A stretch of 64,000 nt of DNA. It comes from an uncultured bacterium. Its GTDB lineage: Bacteria > Acidobacteriota > Aminicenantia > UBA2199. Below the pieces are notes generated by a model, which was not told where the DNA came from, ran no database searches, and saw nothing but the letters and a program-made list of their open reading frames with translations. The stretch covers positions 24,531-88,530 of the forward strand of contig CBFDCR010000008.1 of assembly GCA_965603365.1 (NCBI GenBank). Reading direction: 5' to 3'. The translations under genes were made by a program, and so were the position numbers. This document shows, piece after piece, positions 55,504 to 64,000 of the stretch; position 1 is the first letter of the stretch; each line of letters starts with the position of its first letter.

Positions 55504-56895
55504 CTATTTCACTTCCTCTTTAATGCGGGCCTTAGCCCAGGTGCCCCGCAGATACCAGAGAAAGATCATCAGGAAACCCAAAAAATTGGAACCGAACATG
55601 CCCCACCAGATGCCGTTGGCCCCCCGTAAATCGGTCGGCCCACCGAATATGACCATGGAGATCAGGTAAACCAGGGGTATGCGGAACAACCAGATGCGGG
55701 ACAGGTTGGTCACCATGACCGGCACCGTAAAACCGGCCCCCTGAAAGGCGCCGCTGAACACCGTGATGGCCGCGAAAAACACCACCGACGGCGCAATGAT
55801 GTAGAACATGGTGTTGCCGATCTGGTGTACCAACGGGTCGTTGGGGATGAAAAAAACGGTAATCGACCTGCCCCCCAGGGCCATCAACGCCATGGCCGGG
55901 ACAATGATCAACAGGATTAGATGGACCCCTTTCAGAATCGCGCTCTTTGCCCGTTTTATATTCTCGGCCCCTAAGTTCTGACCCACGATGGCGGTCACCG
56001 CCTGGGATATACCCATGGCCGGCATCATGAAAAAATGGACCGCCCGCATGGCTATGCCGTAGGCCGAGATCACCGGGGTGCCGAAGCGGTTGACGATGCC
56101 CATCAGCACCAAAAATCCCAGCGAAGTCCCGGACATGCCCACCGCGGCGGGGGCGCCGATTTTAAAGATCATTGAAAATAAGCGGAAATCCGGCTTTAAG
56201 TGTCGCAGGCTCAATTTAATGCCCTTCCGGCCGGAAAAAAACAGCCACATCCCTACTGCCGAGGCCGCACCCCGGGAGAGGATGGTCGTTAAGGCCGCAC
56301 CCTTAACCCCTAAGGCCGGGAAGCCCAGCCAACCGAAGATTAACAGCGGGTCCAGTACGACGTTGATGACGGCCGATAGCAATTCCAGTTTTAAGGGGGA
56401 TTTGGTGTCCCCGTATCCACTCATCACCGAATAATAGACAAAGAAGGGGAAGGCCAGGGGCATACCCATCACCATGATGCGGTAATAGTCCAGGGTTTGG
56501 GCAAAGGTGTCGGCCGGAGTTTTCAGCAGACGAAGAAACTCCTCGTCCAGGGCCAGCCCCACCAGCACGAACATCGCCGCAAAAGCCAGCAGATAGGTCA
56601 ACAGGTTGCCGGTGACCGTATGCACCCGTTCCTTTTCACCGGAACCGGTATACTGGGAGACTAAGGCGGTACCGGCTAGAGAGAAGCCGATGCCGATGGA
56701 CAGGATGAAGAATATGATATTGAACGATATCACCGGCGCCGACAGGGCGCTGCGGCCCAGTTTGCCCAGCCAGAAGGTGTCGGCCAGATTGTACAGGGTC
56801 TGAACCGCCGATCCTATGGCCAGCGGGTAACCCAGCCTGATGATGGTGCGGTACATATTGCCCGACAGCAGGTCAATTTTCGTATCTTTGCTCAT
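55504..56895 (-). CDS. MATE-family efflux transporter
   Basis: About 12 TM; YNLADTFWLG, LDPLLIFG, VGQNLGA. Confidence 0.92.
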   Translation of the reverse strand: MSKDTKIDLLSGNMYRTIIRLGYPLAIGSAVQTLYNLADTFWLGKLGRSALSAPVISFNIIFFILSIGIGFSLAGTALVSQYTGSGEKERVHTVTGNLLTYLLAFAAMFVLVGLALDEEFLRLLKTPADTFAQTLDYYRIMVMGMPLAFPFFVYYSVMSGYGDTKSPLKLELLSAVINVVLDPLLIFGWLGFPALGVKGAALTTILSRGAASAVGMWLFFSGRKGIKLSLRHLKPDFRLFSMIFKIGAPAAVGMSGTSLGFLVLMGIVNRFGTPVISAYGIAMRAVHFFMMPAMGISQAVTAIVGQNLGAENIKRAKSAILKGVHLILLIIVPAMALMALGGRSITVFFIPNDPLVHQIGNTMFYIIAPSVVFFAAITVFSGAFQGAGFTVPVMVTNLSRIWLFRIPLVYLISMVIFGGPTDLRGANGIWWGMFGSNFLGFLMIFLWYLRGTWAKARIKEEVK

Positions 56896-57104
56896 AGTTT
56901 GCCATTATAATATAAATCCTTCCCCATGAAAAGAGAAGAAACAAACCTAGATTTCCCATCAAAGTTTTCTTTGTACCCTGAATTGCTAATTTGCTTCATT
57001 TATCGACGGACAGTATCGGAAATGCGTTTGATTTTTTCATTTTTCATACTCCTGTTTGTATGAATTTAGCCTGATTACCTGACATTTTCAAGACAAATCC
57101 GGAT

Positions 57105-57485
57105 TTAAGTAAATACCTCCCTGTTGTATGTTTTAGTTTCTTTATCAATATTGCAATAGGCATTGTAATTGTGTATGGCATTATCTGACGGAAAAAAATA
57201 ACTGCGACCCTTGCGGAAACGACCGCATATATCTATCTTTCTCTTATTCAAAAACCGCCCTTCGCAGTGACCAGGAACCGTACATAAGCCTTTGTCTAAT
57301 TCAAGGTACTCAATATCCGACACACTGTCTCCCCCTAAAACGTTGAGCGATAATATACTCAAAAGTATTTGCGAATCAAGCCACCCTTGATCGCCTGTGC
57401 GAACTCTAAGCCGATTGTCTGCAAATTTAAATAAGCCAATCTTTTTGGACAGCTCCAATATAGGTAGTAAACCGGAGTAGCGAAT
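57105..57485 (-). mobile_element. IS1380-family transposase N-terminal remnant (pseudogene)
   Basis: SGLLPILELSKKIGL...GDQGWLDSQ...LNVLGGDSVSDI...DKGL matches IS1380-type N-termini; truncated at about 125 aa with no DDE core. Confidence 0.7.
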
Positions 57486-57573
57486 CGCCTTGCTTGATTT
57501 TTTGGGGGGACATGTTAAAATTCTCTTTGCATGAAACAGGTTACTTTGATGCCTCTAAATAGGAGAAAAATGG

Positions 57574-58467
57574 ATGAAGCAAGAGAGTCGATTTAAAGTC
57601 TGGTTCCGGCAGATTCGGGGGCCTTTTCTGGTTCTCCCCATTGCCCTGGTGTTGATCGGTGTGGCCGCGGCCTATAGGCAGGGCATCCGCCATTGTGGTC
57701 ATGCACTGCTGCTGCTTTTAGGCGTCATATTGACCCATGTGTCGGTCAATCTATTTAATGAGATTTCCGATTATAAAACCCGGATCGATGAGTCCACCAC
57801 CCCCACCCCCTTCAGCGGCGGCAGCGGTATGCTGCAGGCAGGCAAGACTTCCGTTTCCTCGGTAACGGTTGCCGCTTACACTACCATGGCCATCGCTGCC
57901 GTCATCGGTCTCTATTTTTGTCTGATCAGCGGCTGGCTGATTCTGATTTTTATGGCCTTCGGCGCGGTGGCCATTCGCTTTTATACCAGCCACCTGGCCA
58001 GATGGCTGGTGGGGGAGTTATTTTGCGGCCTGGCCCTGGGCACCTTTGTGGTACTGGGGGTATACTATGCCTTAACGGGCCGGTTGACCATCGAGATCAT
58101 CTTGATCTCCATTCCCCCGGGCATTCTCACCTTGCTGCTGCTGTTTTTAAACGAATTTCCCGATGCCGAAGCCGATGAGAGAGGGGGGCGTCACCATCTG
58201 ATTATCCACTTCGGCAAGAGAAGGGGGGCGGTGATCTATGCCGTGATCCTGGCGTTACTGTACATCGTGATACTGCTGGTTCCCTTCGTCTCGGACGCAC
58301 CCTACACGACTTTGATTGCCCTGCTCACCATGCCCCTGGCCCTGAAAGCCTCCTCCATCACCCTGAAACATTACGACGACACCGCCAAACTGGTCCCCGC
58401 CTTGGGCCTGAACGTCGGCATCGTCATCTTCACCGACCTCCTCCTCGCCCTCGCCTACTTCCTGTAG
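57574..58467 (+). CDS. UbiA-family prenyltransferase (MenA-like)
   Basis: NLFNEISDY, FSGGSG, NEFPDAEAD; multiple TM. Confidence 0.88.
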   Translation: MKQESRFKVWFRQIRGPFLVLPIALVLIGVAAAYRQGIRHCGHALLLLLGVILTHVSVNLFNEISDYKTRIDESTTPTPFSGGSGMLQAGKTSVSSVTVAAYTTMAIAAVIGLYFCLISGWLILIFMAFGAVAIRFYTSHLARWLVGELFCGLALGTFVVLGVYYALTGRLTIEIILISIPPGILTLLLLFLNEFPDAEADERGGRHHLIIHFGKRRGAVIYAVILALLYIVILLVPFVSDAPYTTLIALLTMPLALKASSITLKHYDDTAKLVPALGLNVGIVIFTDLLLALAYFL

Positions 58468-58545
58468 GTCTCCATTGATTAATGAGGAATAAATTTGATA
58501 TTACGCCTCTTCTATGATATAAAATACCCGTGCATAGGGTGAACA

Positions 58546-59694
58546 ATGGATCACATTGAATTGCAAGAAATCATCGTTAAAGGCGAAGACTCGCGTCATC
58601 AATTTAAGGAGAATATTCATAGTGCCGATCAACTGGCCCAGGAGATGGTAGCATTTTCCAATAGTCTGGGGGGAACCATTATAATCGGTATAACCGATCG
58701 CAGTGAGGTAAAAGGTTTGACGGATAAGGATATTCGCCGACTCAACCAGTTGGTTGCCAATGTCGCTACCGAGAATGTTAAACCCCAGATATTTCCCGAA
58801 ACAGAAATTGTCAACTATGAAAAAAAGAAACTCTTATTGGTTCATATTCCTTATGGGGCCAATAAACCTTATTGCACCCACAAGGGCATTTTTTTTACCC
58901 GATCCGGTTCTGATAAGAGGAAGGTCTCTCAGGATGAGTTAAAACGTTTGTTCCAGGAGTCAGGTAAACTGTATGCCGATGAAATGATTTTTAAGGAGGC
59001 TGATTTTAGGGATATAGATCTGGAACTTTTCAGGGATTTTTATCAGCGGAAGTATGGGGAACCTTTTGAAGCGGAAGATCAGTTGGTCCAGACCTTTGAA
59101 AATTTGAACCTCGCCTCCGGAGGCTGTCTGAATCTCTCCGGCATCTTGCTGTTTACCAGGAACCCCATGAAGTATTTCCCCTTAAGCCAGATCATCGCCG
59201 TATCATTTTTTGGCACCGATATAGCCGGCAGTAAATTCCGGGACAGCGAAAACATAGAGGGCAACCTCAAAAAACTCTACCACGACGGCCTGGCATTTTT
59301 AATGCGGAACATCAAAAAAATACAGAATGGACAAAATTTCAACAGCCCCGGAATTCCCGAAGTCCCACCAGTCGTTTTTGAGGAGTTACTCATCAATGCC
59401 CTGATCCACCGGGACTATTTTTTAAGCAGCAACATCCGCCTGCTGATTTTTGACGACCGTATTGAAATCGTCAGTCCCGGCAAACTTCACAACAACCTGA
59501 CGGTGGAGAAGATCAAGAGGGGGGTGGCCATCAAGCGCAACCATACCCTGGCCTCCTTTGCCTTTGACATTATCCCTTACCGGGGCATCGGCAGCGGTAT
59601 CCTCCGGGCCTTAAAACACTACCCCCACATCGACTTTGATAACGATGTGGAACTGGACCAATTTAAAGCCATCATCCACCGCCCCCCAGAATAA
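58546..59694 (+). CDS. AlbA_2 (Schlafen-like) domain plus RecG C-terminal-like ATP-binding protein
   Basis: GEDSRHQFKE, AFSNSLGG, ELLINALIHRDY, RIEIVSPG, GSGI. Confidence 0.85.
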   Translation: MDHIELQEIIVKGEDSRHQFKENIHSADQLAQEMVAFSNSLGGTIIIGITDRSEVKGLTDKDIRRLNQLVANVATENVKPQIFPETEIVNYEKKKLLLVHIPYGANKPYCTHKGIFFTRSGSDKRKVSQDELKRLFQESGKLYADEMIFKEADFRDIDLELFRDFYQRKYGEPFEAEDQLVQTFENLNLASGGCLNLSGILLFTRNPMKYFPLSQIIAVSFFGTDIAGSKFRDSENIEGNLKKLYHDGLAFLMRNIKKIQNGQNFNSPGIPEVPPVVFEELLINALIHRDYFLSSNIRLLIFDDRIEIVSPGKLHNNLTVEKIKRGVAIKRNHTLASFAFDIIPYRGIGSGILRALKHYPHIDFDNDVELDQFKAIIHRPPE

Positions 59695-59722
59695 AATATT
59701 TTGAGGATAAAAATGCAAATTC

Positions 59723-60331
59723 TTAACTTTTTGAAATATCGCAGCCCCATGGTTTAAATTTTGTAAACCATCCAGCTTTTTCCCTGGGCTCTGCTTCTCC
59801 TTTTTTTTTCCATTTGTAATCAATATAACCTCTTTCTTTTTTAAAAACTTCTTTCATAAAGTCTCGTTTACTGGCATCAATTCCTTCATCAGTTGGATGG
59901 ATTAATATTTTTCCTTTTCCATTCATCACAGCCAAATAACCTGTTTTCGCAATTTTACCGAATCCTGGATCAAGAATAATTTTTCTTATCCTTTCAATCG
60001 CTTCTTTTTCGCTTAACACTTCCTTATCATATAGGTTATAGTTATATTCAACAAGGCTCTTGGTTTTTTCTGAAATAGATCTTAAATAATTTTCCACAGA
60101 AGCATTTATAGTGGATTCCAGAAGATATAAAGTAGAATCGGTTATCTGTTGTAATTCATTGTCAATGTAGGCTTCAATGTTTTTCTTGAATGTAAAATAA
60201 GTAGCCAATCCTACTCCCAAAATGATGGCGAGGCTGGACATACCTAAAATGGACATTATTTTCTTAGAAAAGCTTAAATTTTTGAACATACGAGCTACCT
60301 TTCCAGAACCGTAGAATATCTTTTGGCTCAT
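59723..60331 (-). pseudogene. Cache-domain sensor N-terminal fragment, truncated
   Basis: GGAGGT SD; TM; GYLAVMNGKGKILIHP; stops right after FKPWG with no second TM or output domain. Confidence 0.65.
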
Positions 60332-60693
60332 TCCGTACCTCCATGCTGCGTTGGTATAAATAGGCCGAAAAGCCCTCCATCTCCTAGTACAGGATATGTT
60401 ATTTAACTTTCCAGCCAGTTCATCTCTCTAGGAGACAAAGTTTAATGTTTAGAGAAAATAATACAAAGTCAAGAAAAAAATGTCAAGTATATTTCAGTCA
60501 AAAATTTTAATAAATACATAGAAGATCTCGTAGCCGTCACACTTGGGGGTGACATTCTTCCCTTTTCCCGACCTTTTAGAAAGCATGGTACGTTCGTACA
60601 GGCAACTGTCGATTAATCAGGGGTAGGAATCCTGAAAAGTTGGATTTGTGGGCAGGGATAATGGGGAAAAACCTGGAATTTGGGGAATTGGGA

Positions 60694-60833
60694 GACCGCA
60701 TTGCCACTTTAAGGACCTTTTTACCACTCTGTAGACACTTTCGTGCTTATGGAGACCATTTCGTGCCTGAGACGACCATGCTGCCACTTTGAAGACCATT
60801 TTGTCCTTAAGGCGACCATTGTGCCACTATTTT
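60694..60833. repeat. Degenerate tandem array, 7 x 20 bp (GACCAT...CCACTT...)
   Basis: GAC(C/A) at 60694, 60714, 60734, 60754, 60774, 60794 and 60814; inverted copy GGTCTTTAAAGTGG at 60884-60897. Confidence 0.8.
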
Positions 60834-60949
60834 CACATCTATGGTCTTTAAAAGATCCCAATCTTGCTATTTTTCAGAAAAAAGGTCTTTAAAGTGGTAT
60901 GACTATTGTATATTATTTAATCTTGAAGACATAAACAGAAAAATGTGTG

Positions 60950-61081
60950 ATGAAAGACGTAGGCGAACGATTAAGAGAGTTGAGGGAGCGATTCTCGATT
61001 AGTGGATTTATTTACAAGGAGAGGAAATCTATCTCTGGCTCAATTATGCAGGAAAAAAAGCAAGCAGCAGCAACTATTTGA
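60950..61081 (+). pseudogene. XRE/Cro-type HTH N-terminal remnant
   Basis: MKDVGERLRELRE, then unrelated sequence and a stop at 43 aa. Confidence 0.5.
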
Positions 61082-61431
61082 GTTTAAATCGCAAAGAAAA
61101 ATATATTAAGTTAAAATTTTCTCAAATTTTCAGTGGGTTTGGCCAAAACTTTTATCGATTATTTTTTTTGATTTTATTGGTGATATCATTATTTTGGATT
61201 TTATATGGGGTCACTGGAACAGTTATTTATAAAGATTCTAAAAGTGTGCTCCAACTACTCTCGCTTGATTTACTTTATTTTTCTTTTACTAATTTTTTTG
61301 GTTGTTCTGTGGATAACATTGTAGTTTCGGGAGTTTTAGGAAAAATAATCGGTTCATTAGAATTATTTTTCGGATTTTTAAGTTTGGCTTATCTGGTGAA
61401 TGTATTTCTTAGATCATGGTATAGCGATTGA
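61003..61431 (+). pseudogene. Two-TM ion-channel-like (Ion_trans_2) C-terminal fragment
   Basis: Frame open from 61003; TM - LYFSFTNFFG pore-like helix - TM (IIGSLELFFGFLSLAYLV); lacks an N-terminus. Confidence 0.55.
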
Positions 61432-61477
61432 CAATTTAGGGCTAATATGTATTTTTTTGTCTAAGCTGATTGGCATT

Positions 61478-61507
61478 TTGATTGGGGGGTGGGGTTAATG
61501 GTATAAT
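61478..61507 (+). promoter_or_regulatory. Extended -10 promoter of dus
   Basis: TTGATT, 18 bp, with TGG-TATAAT ending 6 nt before ATG 61514. Confidence 0.6.
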
Positions 61508-61513
61508 GGGGGG

Positions 61514-62443
61514 ATGTTGAGGATTGGGAATCTGGATGTTGGGTATCGGGCGATGCTGGCGCCTATGGCCGGGTTGACGGATATTGTCTTTCGCCGTCTG
61601 CTGGATGAGATCGGTGGGGTGGGCTTGATGGTGACCGAGATGATCTCTGCCGAAGGACTCCGGCGGCGAACCTTTAAGACCATGGAGATGCTCCGTTCCT
61701 TTGAGTCTAAGACCCCCCAGTTCATTCAATTGTTCGGCAGTGAACCCGAATCCCTGGCCGAAGCGGCCCAATTGGTGGAACATGAGACCCACTTTGCCGG
61801 TATCGACCTCAACATGGGCTGTCCGGCAGGAAAGGTAAACAAGAGAGGCGCCGGCGCGATGCTGCTGCAAGAGCCGGAGAAGATCGGGAAAATGGTAAGG
61901 GCCGTGCGCCGCAGCACCCGTTTGCCGTTGACGGTGAAGATCCGGCTGGGATACTCGAAGGTCAATGTCCTGGAGGTCGTCCGCATCCTGGAGGTTGAAG
62001 GGGTGGATGCGGTTACCGTTCATTTCAGATTGAAAAATCAAGGCTATGGCGCAAAGGCCGACTGGAGTCTTGCCCCCCTTATCAAGGAGAAGATTAAAAC
62101 GGTTTTAATCGGCAACGGGGATATCATGTCGGCCCAGGAAGGGCGGGAGAAGTCAAACATTGTGGACGGGATCATGATCGGCAGAGGGGCCATTGCCAAT
62201 CCCTTTATCTTTCAGGAAATTGCCGGGCTGAATCCGACTGTCTCGCAAAGAGCGTCGGCAGTGAAACGGTTGACAGAGTTGATTGCCGAGTACTATGAAC
62301 CGGCTCTCCGGCTGGGCCGGATTAAGGCCTTGACGAGGTTTCTGGTCTCCCGGCGAGCCGGTTCTAAAAAAATACGTCAGCAGATTTATCGTGCCGCCGA
62401 GTTTGATGAGACCATAAAGTACTTTGGTGAGTTATTTCAGTGA
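61514..62443 (+). CDS. dus: tRNA-dihydrouridine synthase (DusB-like)
   Basis: LAPMAGLTD, QLFGSEP, DLNMGCP, VKIRLG, GNGDI, MIGRGA. Confidence 0.95.
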   Translation: MLRIGNLDVGYRAMLAPMAGLTDIVFRRLLDEIGGVGLMVTEMISAEGLRRRTFKTMEMLRSFESKTPQFIQLFGSEPESLAEAAQLVEHETHFAGIDLNMGCPAGKVNKRGAGAMLLQEPEKIGKMVRAVRRSTRLPLTVKIRLGYSKVNVLEVVRILEVEGVDAVTVHFRLKNQGYGAKADWSLAPLIKEKIKTVLIGNGDIMSAQEGREKSNIVDGIMIGRGAIANPFIFQEIAGLNPTVSQRASAVKRLTELIAEYYEPALRLGRIKALTRFLVSRRAGSKKIRQQIYRAAEFDETIKYFGELFQ

Positions 62444-62601
62444 AAAATACCTGCCGATTGTCTTTAAAAAAGTTCCAACCTGATGTATAATAGTAATATG
62501 GACAAATGGTTAAAAACAAGTTTTTTCAGCCATCGCCGTCGAACTCTTTTCTTTGAAAATATATTGCTTGCCGGAGGCTGTGATTTTCGATTATTAAAGA
62601 G

Positions 62602-64000
62602 ATGAGGAAATATATTTTCTATCTGGCCGCAGCGGCCCTCTTTCTTTTCTCCGCCGCAATCATGCGGGGCGAACATCATATTCGTTTTAAAGGGATCTCC
62701 CTCGAGGGCGGTCAGTGCCACAGCGTGGTGACGGCTATCTTCCAGGATCAGCGGGGTTTTATGTGGTTTGGTACGAGGGATGGCCTGTGTCGCTATGACG
62801 GTTATCGTTTTACGTCGTATAAAAATGAACCCTACGATGCCAGGACCATCTCGAATAATTATATTACTTCCATTGCCGAGAATCATTCCGGCACCCTCTG
62901 GATCGGCACCAATGGCGGGGGACTCAATCGCTTTGATCGGCAGAAGGAGACGTTTTCCAGTTACAGGCATGATCCCGGAGATCCCCGCACTATAAGCTGC
63001 GATTGGGTGAGGGCGTTATTTACCGACAGTTCCGGTTCTCTGTGGGTGGGGACAGACCGCGGTCTGGATAAACTTTTGGCCGGCGAGTTTATCCATTACA
63101 GCCGCGATCCGGTTCACTGCATTTATGAATCTCCCTCCATGAAGGATACTCTCTGGATCGGTACGGCCGGTAAGGGGCTCATTAAATTTGGCATGGCTGG
63201 CGGGGCCTCTACCCGCTACCGCCACGATCGGCAAAACCCTCTAAGTATCGGCTCGAATGATATCACGTCGATTTGTGAAGATACGGCCGATGCCCTGTGG
63301 ATCGGGAACGAAACCCACGGCCTGGATCGCCTGGATGTAAAGGGTGAAACATTCAGCCATTATAACCTCCCCGATGACCGGGTGATGTGCCTTCATAAAG
63401 ATCGTGACGGGGTGTTGTGGATCGGCACCGACGGCGGTGGTTTATGTTACCTCAGCCGGGACGGCAAAGGAGAGATAACCTTTACCCATTTCAAGTTTAA
63501 TCCCCTCCGGCCCGATGGTTTACGTCACAACGAGGTGTTGTGCCTGTATGAAGATAGGGGGAAGGTGTTGTGGATCGGCACCGACGGCAGGGGTCTCTCC
63601 TACTGCCGGAAATTGCCTTTTCTCCTCTATGAAAAAAATCCCACCCTCGCCAACGGCCTGAATTGCAACGATGTGTTTGCCTTGCTGGAAGATCGGCAGG
63701 GTCATATATGGGTCGGTACCGATGAGGGGGGGCTCAATCGTTATGATCCCCGGGACAAGACATTCACATATTACCGTCACTCCCCCGACGACCGCCGCAG
63801 CCTCAGCCATGATGAAGTGTTGTCCCTGTGTGAAGATCGAGCCGGCCTCATCTGGGTCGGTACAGATGGCGGCGGTCTCAACCGCTTCGACCCCGTAACC
63901 AATGAATTTACCCGGTATCGGCCGAACCCGGCCGATACCGATAGTATAAGCGGTGCCTTTGTCTGTACCATCATTGAAGATAGAGATGGACTACTCTGGA
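62602..64000 (+). CDS. Two-component regulator propeller (Reg_prop) sensor protein, 3'-partial
   Basis: Not in the ORF track because it runs off the window. ATG 62602: MRKYIFYLAAAALFLFS, then repeated QDQRGFMWFGTRDGL / LWIGTNGGGLNRFD blades. Confidence 0.88.
   Translation, partial: MRKYIFYLAAAALFLFSAAIMRGEHHIRFKGISLEGGQCHSVVTAIFQDQRGFMWFGTRDGLCRYDGYRFTSYKNEPYDARTISNNYITSIAENHSGTLWIGTNGGGLNRFDRQKETFSSYRHDPGDPRTISCDWVRALFTDSSGSLWVGTDRGLDKLLAGEFIHYSRDPVHCIYESPSMKDTLWIGTAGKGLIKFGMAGGASTRYRHDRQNPLSIGSNDITSICEDTADALWIGNETHGLDRLDVKGETFSHYNLPDDRVMCLHKDRDGVLWIGTDGGGLCYLSRDGKGEITFTHFKFNPLRPDGLRHNEVLCLYEDRGKVLWIGTDGRGLSYCRKLPFLLYEKNPTLANGLNCNDVFALLEDRQGHIWVGTDEGGLNRYDPRDKTFTYYRHSPDDRRSLSHDEVLSLCEDRAGLIWVGTDGGGLNRFDPVTNEFTRYRPNPADTDSISGAFVCTIIEDRDGLLW

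Noticed and set aside
56946-56990. IS1380 terminal inverted repeat (CCTAGATT / CCTGAATT)
   Set aside because: Short matches only, with no convincing partner end or target-site duplication.
60694-60833. CRISPR or mini-CRISPR
   Set aside because: The 20-bp period is too short for repeat plus spacer, and the units are degenerate throughout.

Overview
64 kb of bacterial chromosome from a diderm (secretin, OmpA-domain and lipoprotein genes). Gene content suggests an uncultured lineage such as Aminicenantes/Acidobacteriota, but this is inference only. The backbone carries a PLD-DUF4332 gene, a thermonuclease, a FAAL-ACP-acyltransferase trio, HU, a T2SS/type IV pilus assembly operon behind serS, ABC permeases, a hybrid sensor kinase, secreted proteins, ftcD, trmD-rimM-khpA-rpsP-ffh, a MATE transporter, a MenA-like prenyltransferase, dus and several gene remnants. 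The main finding is an AT-richer block at about 18.5-29.2 kb. It holds a tightly coupled minus-strand operon: calcineurin-like metallophosphoesterase (MPE), MotA/ZorA-like, MotB/ZorB-like, unknown helical protein, SPFH-like protein, P-loop NTPase with ARM/HEAT-like repeats. A second MPE copy follows, 964/965 bp identical to the first over its core. The upstream MPE ends in two 18-aa Gly/Val/Ile pseudo-repeats (MKVKIGKVGGGVIIGEEI and MDVDIGTVGEEVEVGGYI). The NTPase carries one matching copy near its N-terminus (FDVGVGQVGRDTTIAQQI). This one-repeat-in-receptor, two-repeats-in-effector layout mirrors fungal NWD2/HET-S and bacterial BASS amyloid signalling. It suggests a possibly undescribed Zorya-motor / NLR-like / amyloid / phosphoesterase defence or conflict system. 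No searches were run: all family calls come from motifs read by eye.
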